From: a virus
Lineage: Duplodnaviria > Caudoviricetes
Length of the DNA stretch: 64,000 nt
Strand: one strand, 5' to 3'
IMG/VR virus record: IMGVR_UViG_2832410175_000003
Coordinates: 111,416 to 175,415 of that record
Part shown: in pieces, positions 7,853-18,073 of the stretch
How the letters are laid out: each line of letters starts with the position of its first letter
Numbering within the stretch: the first letter of the stretch is position 1
Made by a program: the position numbers and the translations under genes
Notes under the pieces: generated by a model
The model's input: only the letters and a program-made list of their open reading frames with translations
Told to the model about the DNA's origin: nothing
Database searches by the model: none

Positions 7853-10800
7853 ATGAATCTGAAACAGAACCATTATTCCCGCAGGGCGCTGGCACTGCTG
7901 CTGACGCTGGTCATGTGCGTGGGCATGATCCCCACCGCCTTTGCCGCGCAGCAGAACAGCTACCACGACCCCGCCGAGCACTGGATGCAGGCATCCGGCC
8001 GCACCAACGAGCTGGACGCCAACAGTGTCGTGACCCGCGAGACCTTCAAGTGCGGTGAGTGCGGCAAAGCCACATCTTTTGAGGTGTTCCGCGTTCCCGA
8101 ATATACCCGCAATGGTCAGCCGGCACTCAGCCGCAATGTGAAATATTCGGACGGCACGATGGTGGATGGCGTCGGTAAGGGTGATACAATGGACGGTATT
8201 CCCGGCAAGGACGCCGCCTACACCGGATATCACTACACCAAAGCCGTCTGCGAAACCTGCGGCGGCATCAACACAAATATGAGCAAAAGCGAGTACGGCT
8301 ATCTGAAGAATGTCTACTGGCTGTACGACTGTGCCGCCGCATTTACGCAGGAACTGGATGAAACCGTGACCTACGAATACACGGATGATACCTATCACAC
8401 TGTCACCACTAAAGGCGGCACCTACTGCGCGTTCTGCTACGGTACCAATCATACGGTCAGCCGCAAGCTGGAGCGCCACGATATGGTGACGGAAGTCCTG
8501 CCCCAGCCGGCGAATGGCCGCTTTGCAGTGGTGGAGAAGTGTAGCCTGTGCGACTACGTCCACTATGACTACACGGCGGCAAAGGCGGTTGTTGCGGACT
8601 ATTACGGCGTGGTTGACGGAAAGCCCCACACCATCACGGTCAGCGATCTCTCCGAAGCCGGTGTCCGCACCTCTATCCGCTACGGCAACAGTGCGGATAG
8701 CTGCACCATGACCTCCGCACCCAACTACACGGAGGAAGGTCAGTACATGGTCTACTACGAGATCACCTACAGCTACAAGGGCGTGGAGATGACCGAGAAC
8801 GGCGTAGCGAAGGTTTGGCTCCGTGACGAATCCACCAAGGATGACGGCTCTTGTGCCTGCGGCTGCGGGAATCCAAACTGCGGCTGCCAGAACAAGAATT
8901 GCAACGGAAATTGCTGCACCGACAAGGGCTGCGGTGAAAACCACAAGTATATTCTGCTGGACAGCACCAAGGCCGGCTGCACCACCCTCGGCTATGACCG
9001 CTACCTCTGCACGGACTGCGGCAAGATCGAAAAGCGCGACTATGTGGACTCCCTCGGTCACGCATGGCAGAGCATCGTCATCCGCGACGCCACCTGCGAA
9101 ACGGACGGCAAGCTGCTGGAACTGTGCTCCCGCTGCGGCGAAATGAAGCAGACTGCCACCCCCAAGGGCGAACATAAGTACAGAACCTATCCCGTAGCTG
9201 CTACCTGCACGACTCCCGGTTACACCGTCCGAGAGTGCTCCGTCTGCGGCGACCGTCATATCGAGGACATCACGGCGGCGCTGCCTCACAATTACGAATC
9301 CCATGTCATCGCCGCTACCTGCGAAACCGGCGGCAAGACCATCCACCGCTGCGACGGCTGCGGCAGCAGTTTCGTCACAGACTACACCGATGCGCTCGGT
9401 CATAGCTGGGATAAGGGAACCCTCGTCACCAACGCCACCTGCACCGGCGAGGGCGTGATGGAATACCGCTGTACCCGCTGCGGCTATCACCGCATCGAGG
9501 GTAACAAGGCGGCAGGTCATGTGCCCGGTACGCCTGCGACTTGCACAGAACCCCAGCTTTGCACCAAGTGCGGCGCAGTGCTGAAAAACGCGCTGGGACA
9601 TGATTACAAGTCCGAAGTGACCGCCCCCACCTGCACGGAGATGGGCTACACCACCAACACCTGCACCCGCTGCGGCGATACCACCAAGACCGACTATACC
9701 GAGCCTGCCGGTCATAAACCCAGCGACTGGATCGTTGACAAGCAGCCGACCACCGACTCTGAGGGTAGCAAGCACAAGGAGTGTACCGTGTGTGGCGAAA
9801 AGCTGGAGACACAGCCCATTGAAAAGATCTACAACAGCGCCACCACGGACAGCAGGGGTGAGGCCATTGTGGGCGGATACCTTGTGACCGTCACGGATAC
9901 CGACACCAAGAATCCCGTAGCAAACGCCGCCGTGGCGCTCCATAAGGATAACAGCATCTCCATCCGTCTGCCGAACAGCCGCCTGCTGGACTACGCCGAC
10001 CAGACCACCGTGACCGTGCAGCTTGTAAAGGACAAGAGCGCTGTGCCGAACATGAGCATCGCTGTCACGGACAAGAACGACAACTATGCCACAGACAAAA
10101 CGAACAAGGCAGGTCAGATCACCGTTCCCACCGGCAGCGGCGTGACCAATGAGGACGGCAAGGTCACTACTGGCTATGAGGACGCGGACGGCGACCGCTG
10201 GACGCTGACCGTCAAGGTCATCCGCACGGACACGAAGCGCCCCATCTCCGGCAGTGCAGTGTCCATCGGCAAGACCGGCAATATCACAGTGAAGCTGCCG
10301 GACGGCGCGGATCTGGACGCCAAGCATCAGGTGACGGTCATTGTCACCGACCACAAGAAGGCTCCCCAGCAGGGCAAAAATGTTGCGGTCAAGGGCGATC
10401 TCGGCCAGTCTGCCGCAGGCAAGACCGACAAAAACGGTGAGCTGACCGTCCCCGAAGTGGAGCAGACCGAGCGCCACGGCGTTTACATCGTCGGCTACAC
10501 GGACGGCACCTTTGGCCCCAGCCGCAGCATGACCCGCAGTGAAGCCGCCGCGATTTTCGCAAGACTGCTTGCCGAGAAGAACGGCGATACCATTTCCACA
10601 GCCGCAACAACCAAGTTCGCGGATATTCCGGCTCATGCCTGGTATAGCGGCTATGTGAAATACCTCGCCAACAACGGCATTACCTACGGCAAGAGCAAGA
10701 CCATCTTTGCCCCCAACGATGCCATTACCCGTGCTGAGTTTACCACGATGGCTGTCCGTTTCTTTGATGTGTACGGCGACGGCGATGCGGAGATCATGGA

Positions 10801-11119
10801 GCAGTTCAGCGGCTTCCACGATGTTTCTTCCGGCTATTGGGCGGCTGAATACATCAAGTACGCGGCGCTCCACGGCTGGATCAATGGCTACGGGGACGGC
10901 TCGTTCCACGCAGAGCGCGAGATCAACCGCGCCGAGGTTGTCACCATCGTCAACCGCCTGCTGGGACGCGAAGCGGACGAGGACTACATCGCGGACAATC
11001 TCCGTAAGCTGAACACCTTCCCGGATGTCAGCCGCAAGCATTGGGCGTATTATGCCGTCATGGAAGCCGCCAACGCTCACACTGCTGTGCTTGGCGAGAG
11101 CGAAAGCTGGAACAAGTAA
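7853..11119 (+). CDS. Secreted Cys-rich repeat protein with C-terminal SLH domains
   Basis: Signal peptide; many ATCTxxG...CxxCG repeats; GYTDGTFGP...TRSEAA, ITRAEF and INRAEV SLH motifs. Confidence 0.9.
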   Translation: MNLKQNHYSRRALALLLTLVMCVGMIPTAFAAQQNSYHDPAEHWMQASGRTNELDANSVVTRETFKCGECGKATSFEVFRVPEYTRNGQPALSRNVKYSDGTMVDGVGKGDTMDGIPGKDAAYTGYHYTKAVCETCGGINTNMSKSEYGYLKNVYWLYDCAAAFTQELDETVTYEYTDDTYHTVTTKGGTYCAFCYGTNHTVSRKLERHDMVTEVLPQPANGRFAVVEKCSLCDYVHYDYTAAKAVVADYYGVVDGKPHTITVSDLSEAGVRTSIRYGNSADSCTMTSAPNYTEEGQYMVYYEITYSYKGVEMTENGVAKVWLRDESTKDDGSCACGCGNPNCGCQNKNCNGNCCTDKGCGENHKYILLDSTKAGCTTLGYDRYLCTDCGKIEKRDYVDSLGHAWQSIVIRDATCETDGKLLELCSRCGEMKQTATPKGEHKYRTYPVAATCTTPGYTVRECSVCGDRHIEDITAALPHNYESHVIAATCETGGKTIHRCDGCGSSFVTDYTDALGHSWDKGTLVTNATCTGEGVMEYRCTRCGYHRIEGNKAAGHVPGTPATCTEPQLCTKCGAVLKNALGHDYKSEVTAPTCTEMGYTTNTCTRCGDTTKTDYTEPAGHKPSDWIVDKQPTTDSEGSKHKECTVCGEKLETQPIEKIYNSATTDSRGEAIVGGYLVTVTDTDTKNPVANAAVALHKDNSISIRLPNSRLLDYADQTTVTVQLVKDKSAVPNMSIAVTDKNDNYATDKTNKAGQITVPTGSGVTNEDGKVTTGYEDADGDRWTLTVKVIRTDTKRPISGSAVSIGKTGNITVKLPDGADLDAKHQVTVIVTDHKKAPQQGKNVAVKGDLGQSAAGKTDKNGELTVPEVEQTERHGVYIVGYTDGTFGPSRSMTRSEAAAIFARLLAEKNGDTISTAATTKFADIPAHAWYSGYVKYLANNGITYGKSKTIFAPNDAITRAEFTTMAVRFFDVYGDGDAEIMEQFSGFHDVSSGYWAAEYIKYAALHGWINGYGDGSFHAEREINRAEVVTIVNRLLGREADEDYIADNLRKLNTFPDVSRKHWAYYAVMEAANAHTAVLGESESWNK

Positions 11120-11131
11120 ATCGTATCCCTC

Positions 11132-11166
11132 TGCGGGTGGTCTGATAGCAGACCACCCGCATTTTT
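11132..11166 (+). terminator. Intrinsic terminator
   Basis: TGCGGGTGGTCTG/CAGACCACCCGCA stem plus T5. Confidence 0.75.
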
Positions 11167-11206
11167 ATCCAAATCTAAAAACACTCAAAATAAAGGAGAA
11201 CTGAAT

Positions 11207-11581
11207 ATGCTGAAGATCACTGCCATTGGCAACCTGACCCACGATGTGGAACTGAAGATGAACGAGAATACCGGCAAGCCCTACGCCATCCTGCGGATCG
11301 CCTCGGACCGCCGCTACAAGGATAAGGCCGGCAACCGTCTCACCGACTTTATCTCCATCAAGGTGCGCGGCCCTCTGGCCGAGCGCTGCGCTGAGTTTGC
11401 CTGGAAGGGCTGCAAGTTGGCGGCGTTCGGTGATTTCGAGACCATCACCTTTGAGAATGAGCCGGAGCGTCAGCCCGGTTTCCTCATCAAGGCCAGCGAT
11501 GTGGAGTTCCTGTCTCCCCGCAAGGCGGAGGACGCGGCACAGGCTGTGGATGCTGAGACTGTCTGTGAGGATGCCGCCTGA
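11207..11581 (+). CDS. ssb: Single-stranded DNA-binding protein
   Basis: IGNLTHDVEL...TDFISI...DVEFL OB-fold pattern. Confidence 0.85.
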   Translation: MLKITAIGNLTHDVELKMNENTGKPYAILRIASDRRYKDKAGNRLTDFISIKVRGPLAERCAEFAWKGCKLAAFGDFETITFENEPERQPGFLIKASDVEFLSPRKAEDAAQAVDAETVCEDAA

Positions 11582-12558
11582 TGAAAAATACCGGGATCAC
11601 ATATACCAGTGCTGAACGCAGCCCTGTGATCCTGCCGGAGATGGCCGAGCTGCTCCCGCCTTTGAGCGCGGAGCAGTCTGCCGCTCTGGAAGAGGATCTG
11701 CTGCGAAACGGCTGTTACGCCCCCATCATCGTCAATGAGGACATGGTGATCATCGACGGGCACAACCGTCAGGCGCTGTGCGAAAAGCATGGTCTGCTCT
11801 ATATGATGGCGGTGTTTTCCTTTGAGGATTTGCTGGAAGCCAAGCAGTGGGCGCTGGACACACAGAAAAATCGCAGAAATCTGGAAAAGTGGGAGCTGGG
11901 CAAGATCGCCCTGAAGCTGAAGCCGGAGATTGAGGCAAAAGCCAGGGCAAATATGGTAGCCGGTGGGCAGAATTATCGTCCGAAGGAAGGTTTGACAACA
12001 TTGTCAAACCTTCCTTCAGTAGAAACTGCTGTCAATACTCGTAAAGAACTGGCGGATGCTGTTGGTATCGGTGAGGTCACGATGGGCAAGGTCATGCAGA
12101 TCGATGAGAACGCCCCGGAGGTCATCAAGGAGGCTCTGGATAAGAAGAAACTGTCCATCAACAAGGGCTATGACCTGACCCGGCAGCTTCAGGACCTTCC
12201 GGAAGAGCAGCGGGAGCAGGCGGCCGCCGAAGCGCTGGAATACGAAAAAGCGAAAAAAGAACTGAAAAAGCAGGATGCCGAGATCGACCGGAAAGGAAAG
12301 ATCGCGGCGCTTTTCTGCAAAGCGTATGAAAAAGCCGTCCTGCTGACGCCGTCCGAAGAAAATATCCGCTGCTGGACGGACGGGACGCGAATGACTCCGG
12401 AGGAAATGCGGGATACCGTGAAGGAATCCCGCGAGCTGGCGGAGGTGTTCCGGACGATTGCGGATATCATCGAGCAGAAGATCCTGCCCGCGGATTGGAG
12501 GTGTGCCGATGCAGAAAGCGAAGAAAACGATGCCCAGCCGGACGGGAATCCCGCCTGA
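11581..12558 (+). CDS. ParB-N-like domain protein
   Basis: LPPLS...LEEDLLRNG...IIDGHNR...RRNL. Confidence 0.75.
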   Translation: MKNTGITYTSAERSPVILPEMAELLPPLSAEQSAALEEDLLRNGCYAPIIVNEDMVIIDGHNRQALCEKHGLLYMMAVFSFEDLLEAKQWALDTQKNRRNLEKWELGKIALKLKPEIEAKARANMVAGGQNYRPKEGLTTLSNLPSVETAVNTRKELADAVGIGEVTMGKVMQIDENAPEVIKEALDKKKLSINKGYDLTRQLQDLPEEQREQAAAEALEYEKAKKELKKQDAEIDRKGKIAALFCKAYEKAVLLTPSEENIRCWTDGTRMTPEEMRDTVKESRELAEVFRTIADIIEQKILPADWRCADAESEENDAQPDGNPA

Positions 12559-12937
12559 CGCGCAGGCGGAGATTTTGCAAAAGCTGTCCGCCGAGACGAA
12601 GATCACTTCCTGTGAGATCGCGGAGATCTTGAAAAAGCATGATGTCTGCGGAGATATGTATGCGCTCCAGGACGCCTACCGGAAACGGCTGGGACAGCGG
12701 CTCCTGTCCAGCATCCGGGACGAGAACGGCAAGCGGGAAATCCTCTCCACCAGCGGCGGCGAGTATGTCATCGTAGATTGCTGCAATGACCCACAGAAGT
12801 TGAAAGCCATTCAGCGCCGCATTCAGGCGCAGATGAATGGGCTGGATGTGTCTGCCGGGAAGGTGCATGGGCGCGTTCACTTTTTAGAGCGTTTTGCGGG
12901 CTGGGTAAGAAAGGAGCGGTCAGATGGAGCAGCATGA
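12509..12937 (+). CDS. Hypothetical protein
   Basis: ORF with SD GGAGGTG inside the operon. Confidence 0.65.
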   Translation: MQKAKKTMPSRTGIPPDAQAEILQKLSAETKITSCEIAEILKKHDVCGDMYALQDAYRKRLGQRLLSSIRDENGKREILSTSGGEYVIVDCCNDPQKLKAIQRRIQAQMNGLDVSAGKVHGRVHFLERFAGWVRKERSDGAA

Positions 12938-13979
12938 GGAAATGCTGTCCCCGGAGGAACAGTACGCGCAGCTTGCACCGACGCTGGACACAGACGGTTT
13001 CTCGCTGTATGCCGCCGCGGAAGAAGTCACCGGGCTCAAGGTCTGTGAGGAATTTCCCTATGAGGGTAACCGGGGAATGTTTGAGCTGGCAGCCGGACAC
13101 ACGCTGCTGCGGTATCTGGAAGCGGCATACTTTGGGACCGTTACCTGGGAGATCGTCCCCGGCACACCCTATGAGCGTGCTATTCTCGGTGAAGTGGACA
13201 AAACCACACCGGAGTATCGCGCGTTTTATCAGAAGATCTGCGCGGGTGCAGCAGCGCACATCAAAAAACGTATTGGGAAGGAGACACAGAATGTGAAGGA
13301 ACCGATCTCAGAGATCAACAAAGAATCCTTCTGGGACCTGATCCATGAGGCAAAAAACGCCTGCGGGCAGGACATGGATGCCATGCTGGCCTATCTGAAA
13401 GACCGGCTGGTTTCTATGGGCCCCACGCAGGCGCAGAATTTTCACGACATCATCCACGCCTATGAAGATCTCGCGGACAAGTTCGGCTTGTGGGACGCGG
13501 CAGGGATCATGAAGGAATACGGCTGCAGCGATGATGGGTTTATCGACTTCCGCGCCTGGCTCATCGCACAGGGGCGCGAGGTCTATTTTGCCGCGCTGGC
13601 AGACCCGGACAGCCTTGCAGATGTCGTTCCCTACGGCGATTGCTGCTTTGAGCAGTTGAGCTATGTCGGGGACTATGCCTACGAGCAGCTCACTGGGAAA
13701 AGCGCCTATGATCAGACAGATTGGAGCGCATATGAAGCTCTTTTGATGAAGCTGGAACAAGATATCGTCTATAAGGACGGCATCGAGTTTCCCAGAGAGG
13801 GCGCGGATCTGAAGAAATATCTGCCCCGGCTCTGCGCGAAGCATCCGGAGTGGGACGGTCAAACGCGCTGGAATCTGCAGCTGAAGGAGATCCGGGATCT
13901 GATCCATGCCGGAAAGGACTATGACCGACGCCAGACATCAAATAAGAAGAAACGCAGCCGTGGAGGTGAGGCAAGATGA
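12924..13979 (+). CDS. DUF4240-like domain protein
   Basis: FWDLI...GCSDDGFIDFRAWLIAQG...DPDSLA. Confidence 0.75.
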   Translation: MEQHEEMLSPEEQYAQLAPTLDTDGFSLYAAAEEVTGLKVCEEFPYEGNRGMFELAAGHTLLRYLEAAYFGTVTWEIVPGTPYERAILGEVDKTTPEYRAFYQKICAGAAAHIKKRIGKETQNVKEPISEINKESFWDLIHEAKNACGQDMDAMLAYLKDRLVSMGPTQAQNFHDIIHAYEDLADKFGLWDAAGIMKEYGCSDDGFIDFRAWLIAQGREVYFAALADPDSLADVVPYGDCCFEQLSYVGDYAYEQLTGKSAYDQTDWSAYEALLMKLEQDIVYKDGIEFPREGADLKKYLPRLCAKHPEWDGQTRWNLQLKEIRDLIHAGKDYDRRQTSNKKKRSRGGEAR

Positions 13980-14902
13980 GCGAGTCCATGATTGTTGGTG
14001 TTGACCACGGCTATGCCGCTATGAAAACGGCCCATTTCTCGTTCCCCTCCGGTCTGGTGGCATATGAGCATGAGCCATATACGCTGAAGGACGTGCTGGA
14101 ATACGGCGGAAAGTTCTATGTGGTAGGCAGCGGGCGGCAGGCGCTGCAGAAGAACAAAACGCGTACAGAGGATTATTACCTCCTCACGCTGGCCGCTATC
14201 GCAAAGGAGCTCTCCTTCCGTCATGCGGAGCCTGCGGCAGAGATCCATCTGGCGGCCGGACTGCCCCTCACCAGCTTTGGACGGGAGAAAAACGCATTCC
14301 GGGACTATCTGCTCCGAGATGGGAAAACGGTGAATTTCCGCTATGAAGGACAGGACTACTCCATCGTCATCCGTAAGGTGTCACTGTTCCCGCAGGGCTA
14401 TGCCGCAGTCTTGACCCAGAGCATCCTGCTGGATGAGCCTTCTGTGATCGTGGCGGATATCGGTGGATGGACCGTGGATCTGATGCGCCTGGACAACCGT
14501 ATTCCCAATGCATCGACCTGCCGCAGTCTGGAACTTGGCATGATCCGCTGTCTGGATGAGATCGGCGAGCAGATCCGCCGCACGCTGGGCCTGTCTATGA
14601 CGGCGGCACAGATGGAAAGCGTGCTGCGCGGCGATGCTGTCCATATCAACGAGGATGCCAGAAAAATTATTGACCGGCAGGCAGACGCCTATGTCCATCG
14701 CCTGCTCTCCGCCATTACGGAGAGCGGACTGGATACCCGTGCCATGCCTGCTGTTTTTCTGGGCGGCGGCGCGGCGCTGCTGAAGCGGAATGTATCCGCT
14801 GCGGACGGCCTTTGCCGCCCAGTCATCCTTGACGATGTATCCCTCAACGCCAAAGGCTATGAGCGGCTGGCAGAGCGGCTCACAAAGAACGATGAGCAGT
14901 AA
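13976..14902 (+). CDS. parM: ParM/StbA actin-like ATPase
   Basis: GVDHGYAAMK, ADIGGWTVD and LGGGA actin-fold motifs. Confidence 0.88.
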   Translation: MSESMIVGVDHGYAAMKTAHFSFPSGLVAYEHEPYTLKDVLEYGGKFYVVGSGRQALQKNKTRTEDYYLLTLAAIAKELSFRHAEPAAEIHLAAGLPLTSFGREKNAFRDYLLRDGKTVNFRYEGQDYSIVIRKVSLFPQGYAAVLTQSILLDEPSVIVADIGGWTVDLMRLDNRIPNASTCRSLELGMIRCLDEIGEQIRRTLGLSMTAAQMESVLRGDAVHINEDARKIIDRQADAYVHRLLSAITESGLDTRAMPAVFLGGGAALLKRNVSAADGLCRPVILDDVSLNAKGYERLAERLTKNDEQ

Positions 14903-15194
14903 CAAAAAGCGGATCAATCTGTCATTTTCCATGTCCTCACCCATCCAGCGCAGGGCGTGGAAGAAGCTGACGGAGATTCCCGCAGGACAGCGCACCGCCG
15001 CGGTCTGCCGCATGGTCTGTGAGTATAAGGGACAGCAGGAATTGCTGGATGCCGTTCGCCAGACCATCCGGCAGGAACTGCGGGGTGCGCAGCTTACCAA
15101 AGAAGAAGCGCAGGATAGCGGCAGCGCCGTGGATGTAGATGAAAGCGTCCTCGGCTTTTTGCTTGCCCTGCAGGAAGGAGATGAGATGACCTGA
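14892..15194 (+). CDS. ParR-like centromere-binding protein
   Basis: Small basic RHH-like ORF overlapping the end of parM. Confidence 0.6.
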   Translation: MSSNKKRINLSFSMSSPIQRRAWKKLTEIPAGQRTAAVCRMVCEYKGQQELLDAVRQTIRQELRGAQLTKEEAQDSGSAVDVDESVLGFLLALQEGDEMT

Positions 15195-16354
15195 TCCGAT
15201 ATTTTGATATGTTCGCCGGCATCGGCGGCTTCCGCACGGGATTGACCCGCGCGGGCGGTTTCCAGTGTGTAGGACACTGCGAGATCGACAAATATGCCAA
15301 TGCCAGCTATGAGGCCATTTATGAGCCGGGAAAGGAGGAACGATATTATCCCGATGCCACAAAAATCGACCCCGCAGATCTGCCGGACTTCGACCTTCTG
15401 TGCGGAGGATTCCCTTGTCAGGCATTTTCAATCGCTGGCAGAAGAAGGGGCTTTGACGATACCCGCGGCACTCTCTTCTTTGAAATCGCCCGATTGGCTC
15501 AATCCAAACGACCTTCGTATCTTCTGCTCGAAAACGTTCCAGGACTGCTGTCGCATGACAAAGGCCGGACGTTTTCTGTCATCCTCGCCACGCTTAATGA
15601 CCTGGGGTACCGCGTGGAATGGATGGTGCTTAACAGCAAACATTTTGGAGTCCCGCAATCCAGAAGGCGGCTGTTCCTTATCTGCTATCTTGATCCCCGA
15701 TGCGCCGGAAAAATATTTCCTATCTTCGGCACAGGTGGAAAAGCTCTTATACAAGTCCTCGGAGGCTCGCAAGGCTCCCGTGTCTACGACGCAGACGGAA
15801 TAGCCTGCACGCAGACTGCCGGCGCTGGAGGTGTGGGCGGCAAAACAGGATTGTATATCATTCCGCAGGACAGACCCTTTGTGGATCTATGTGCAGGGGA
15901 GGCGAGACAAACGGAGGCCGCCCGCTGTCTCACTGCCCGTTACGGTCAGACAACGCTGTCCAATCATAGAGCAGAGCGTTCCGGCGTTCTGCTCATCAAG
16001 GAAGCCACGAAAAAAGGCTATAAGGAGGCGAATCTCGGTGACAGCGTTGATCTCGGCTTTTCCGGGAGCAACACCCGCCGTGGTCGTGTGGGACAGGATA
16101 TCGCACACACATTGGAGACGAGCTGTATCCAGGGCATCGTGGAACGTGGCGGACGCATCCGGCGTCTGATGCCGCGGGAGTGTCTGCGGCTCCAGGGCTT
16201 TGAGGAATGGCAGATCGACCGCATCCTCGCCATCCAGTCCGACGCACAGGCGTATAAGCAGGCAGGCAACAGCGTCACCGCCAATGTCATTGAAGCCATC
16301 GGACGCCGTATCCGGGAGGTGGATGCGGAACTGAAAGCCGGTGCTGCCGCATGA
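15191..16354 (+). CDS. C5 cytosine DNA methyltransferase (single chain)
   Basis: DMFAGIGG, GGFPCQ, ENV, PQSRRR, RLMPRECLRLQGF and QAGNSV; start placed at CTG 15191 (first ATG is 15209). Confidence 0.92.
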   Translation: MIRYFDMFAGIGGFRTGLTRAGGFQCVGHCEIDKYANASYEAIYEPGKEERYYPDATKIDPADLPDFDLLCGGFPCQAFSIAGRRRGFDDTRGTLFFEIARLAQSKRPSYLLLENVPGLLSHDKGRTFSVILATLNDLGYRVEWMVLNSKHFGVPQSRRRLFLICYLDPRCAGKIFPIFGTGGKALIQVLGGSQGSRVYDADGIACTQTAGAGGVGGKTGLYIIPQDRPFVDLCAGEARQTEAARCLTARYGQTTLSNHRAERSGVLLIKEATKKGYKEANLGDSVDLGFSGSNTRRGRVGQDIAHTLETSCIQGIVERGGRIRRLMPRECLRLQGFEEWQIDRILAIQSDAQAYKQAGNSVTANVIEAIGRRIREVDAELKAGAAA

Positions 16355-17313
16355 TCGGGCTGAAGGACCAGTGCTTCGGCGTGGAAGTGGAAATGACCGG
16401 CATCACCCGTGAACAGGCGGCAACAGCGCTGGCCGCGTATTTTGCAACGGACGCCCGCTATGTGGGCGGCGCTTACGATAAATGGTGTGTGACGGATCAG
16501 GACGGCAAAGAGTGGACGGTCATGAGCGACTCCAGCATCCACGGGGAGCAGAAGATCGGCAGCGGCTATCGTGCAACGGGTGACTACAGATACCGTGTGG
16601 AGATGGTAACGCCAAAGCTCACCTATGCGGAACTGCCCAAGCTGCAGGAGTGTGTCCGGCAGGTACGCCACGCAGGAGCCAAGGCCAACAGCTCCTGCGG
16701 CATCCATGTCCATGTGGACGCAGCCAATCATAACAGGCAGAGTCTGAAAAATCTCATCGGCATTATGTACTCCAAGGAGGATATCCTGTTCAAAGCGCTG
16801 CAGGTCAATGAAAGCCGGGCGTCCCGCTGGTGTCAGAAGGTGCGGGAACCCATGCTGAAGCAGGCACGCAGGCTTTCGTCGGATGAGACAAGGGACCTGA
16901 CGCAGCTGGAGAATATCTGGTACGAGGGGGATAACGGCAGCGCAGACCACTATAACTGGACCCGCTATTACGCGCTGAATCTGCATTCGGTCTTTTACCG
17001 GGGGACGGTGGAATGGCGCTGCTTCAATTCCACACTCCATGCGGGAAAAGTCGCCGCCTATGTGAATCTGTGCCTTGCCATCTCCGCCCAGGCTATTGCC
17101 CAGCGCAGCACGGTCATGCGCAAGACCCACAGCGACAATGAGCTGTTTACCTTCCGGGTCTGGCTGGTGCGGCTGGGACTCAACGGCGAGGAATTCAAGC
17201 ATACCCGTGACCACCTGTTGGCAAATCTGGACGGTGATCGGGCGTGGCGTTTCGATAAGGACAGCTATGCAGTCAATCAAAAGAAGAAAAAATCCAGAGA
17301 AATGGAGAGGTGA
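16351..17313 (+). CDS. Amidoligase (COOH-NH2 ligase) family protein
   Basis: FGVEVE, DSSI, EMVTP, SCGIHVHV, RYYALN and TVEWR. Confidence 0.88.
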   Translation: MIGLKDQCFGVEVEMTGITREQAATALAAYFATDARYVGGAYDKWCVTDQDGKEWTVMSDSSIHGEQKIGSGYRATGDYRYRVEMVTPKLTYAELPKLQECVRQVRHAGAKANSSCGIHVHVDAANHNRQSLKNLIGIMYSKEDILFKALQVNESRASRWCQKVREPMLKQARRLSSDETRDLTQLENIWYEGDNGSADHYNWTRYYALNLHSVFYRGTVEWRCFNSTLHAGKVAAYVNLCLAISAQAIAQRSTVMRKTHSDNELFTFRVWLVRLGLNGEEFKHTRDHLLANLDGDRAWRFDKDSYAVNQKKKKSREMER

Positions 17314-17567
17314 AGCCTTTGAAGATTCAAATTGAAGATACCGTGTACGAAGGAACCGCAGCCGGGATCATGGAACAGCTTCGGGATCTCAGCTTTGATC
17401 CCACAGAGTTCCCGGATGTGGAGACCTACATCTGGTTTGTACAGAACAATGTCATGCGCACCACGGGAATGGACTGTCCGCTGCCGGATGGCGATGCGGA
17501 GACGCAGGCGGCAGCCCTGCTCCGTCATCTGGAACGCTTTGGCGCTCTGACGATGCCGGAGGTATGA
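17310..17567 (+). CDS. Hypothetical protein
   Basis: Coupled ORF between the amidoligase and GGCT genes. Confidence 0.65.
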   Translation: MKPLKIQIEDTVYEGTAAGIMEQLRDLSFDPTEFPDVETYIWFVQNNVMRTTGMDCPLPDGDAETQAAALLRHLERFGALTMPEV

Positions 17568-17568
17568 C

Positions 17569-18072
17569 GTGGAGGAAAACCTGTATTTTGCCTACGGCAG
17601 CAACCTTGATCTGGAGCAGATGGCGCAGCGCTGTCCGGATGCTGAGATCGTGGGACCGGTCAGGCTGGAAAACTACGAACTGCGCTTCCGCGGCAGCGGC
17701 TTTGCTACCGTTGCGCCGAAAAAAGGCAGTACTGTCCACGGACTGGTGTGGAAGCTCACGCCAAACTGTGAACAGTCTCTGGATCGGTATGAGGGGTATC
17801 CCCGCCATTACACGAAAGAAACCGTGACTGTTAAAGACGCGGCTGGCGCTGAGCTCCCAGTTATGGTCTATATCATGGCGGAGCCGTATTGCCGCCAGCC
17901 TGCACTGCCGTCCCCATATTATTACCGCGTGATCCAGCGGGGCTTTGAAGCCAACGGCCTGCCGGTGGACTCCCTTCGGGATGCGTGGAGCAGGACCATT
18001 GACGAGGTGTGGAGCGGCAGGATTGACAAGCCAAAGCGAGCGCCTGAGCGAAACAGAGGACCGGAGCGGTAA
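17569..18072 (+). CDS. Gamma-glutamylcyclotransferase family protein
   Basis: YFAYGSNL...QMAQRCP...LDRYEG. Confidence 0.9.
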   Translation: MEENLYFAYGSNLDLEQMAQRCPDAEIVGPVRLENYELRFRGSGFATVAPKKGSTVHGLVWKLTPNCEQSLDRYEGYPRHYTKETVTVKDAAGAELPVMVYIMAEPYCRQPALPSPYYYRVIQRGFEANGLPVDSLRDAWSRTIDEVWSGRIDKPKRAPERNRGPER

Positions 18073-18073
18073 C

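Noticed and set aside
8960-9800. Periodic repeats that could suggest a CRISPR array
   Set aside because: Degenerate protein-coding repeats; no constant repeat-spacer structure and no cas genes in the window
7532-11080. 1182-aa minus-strand ORF
   Set aside because: Antisense shadow of the GC-rich SLH protein gene; no recognisable motifs
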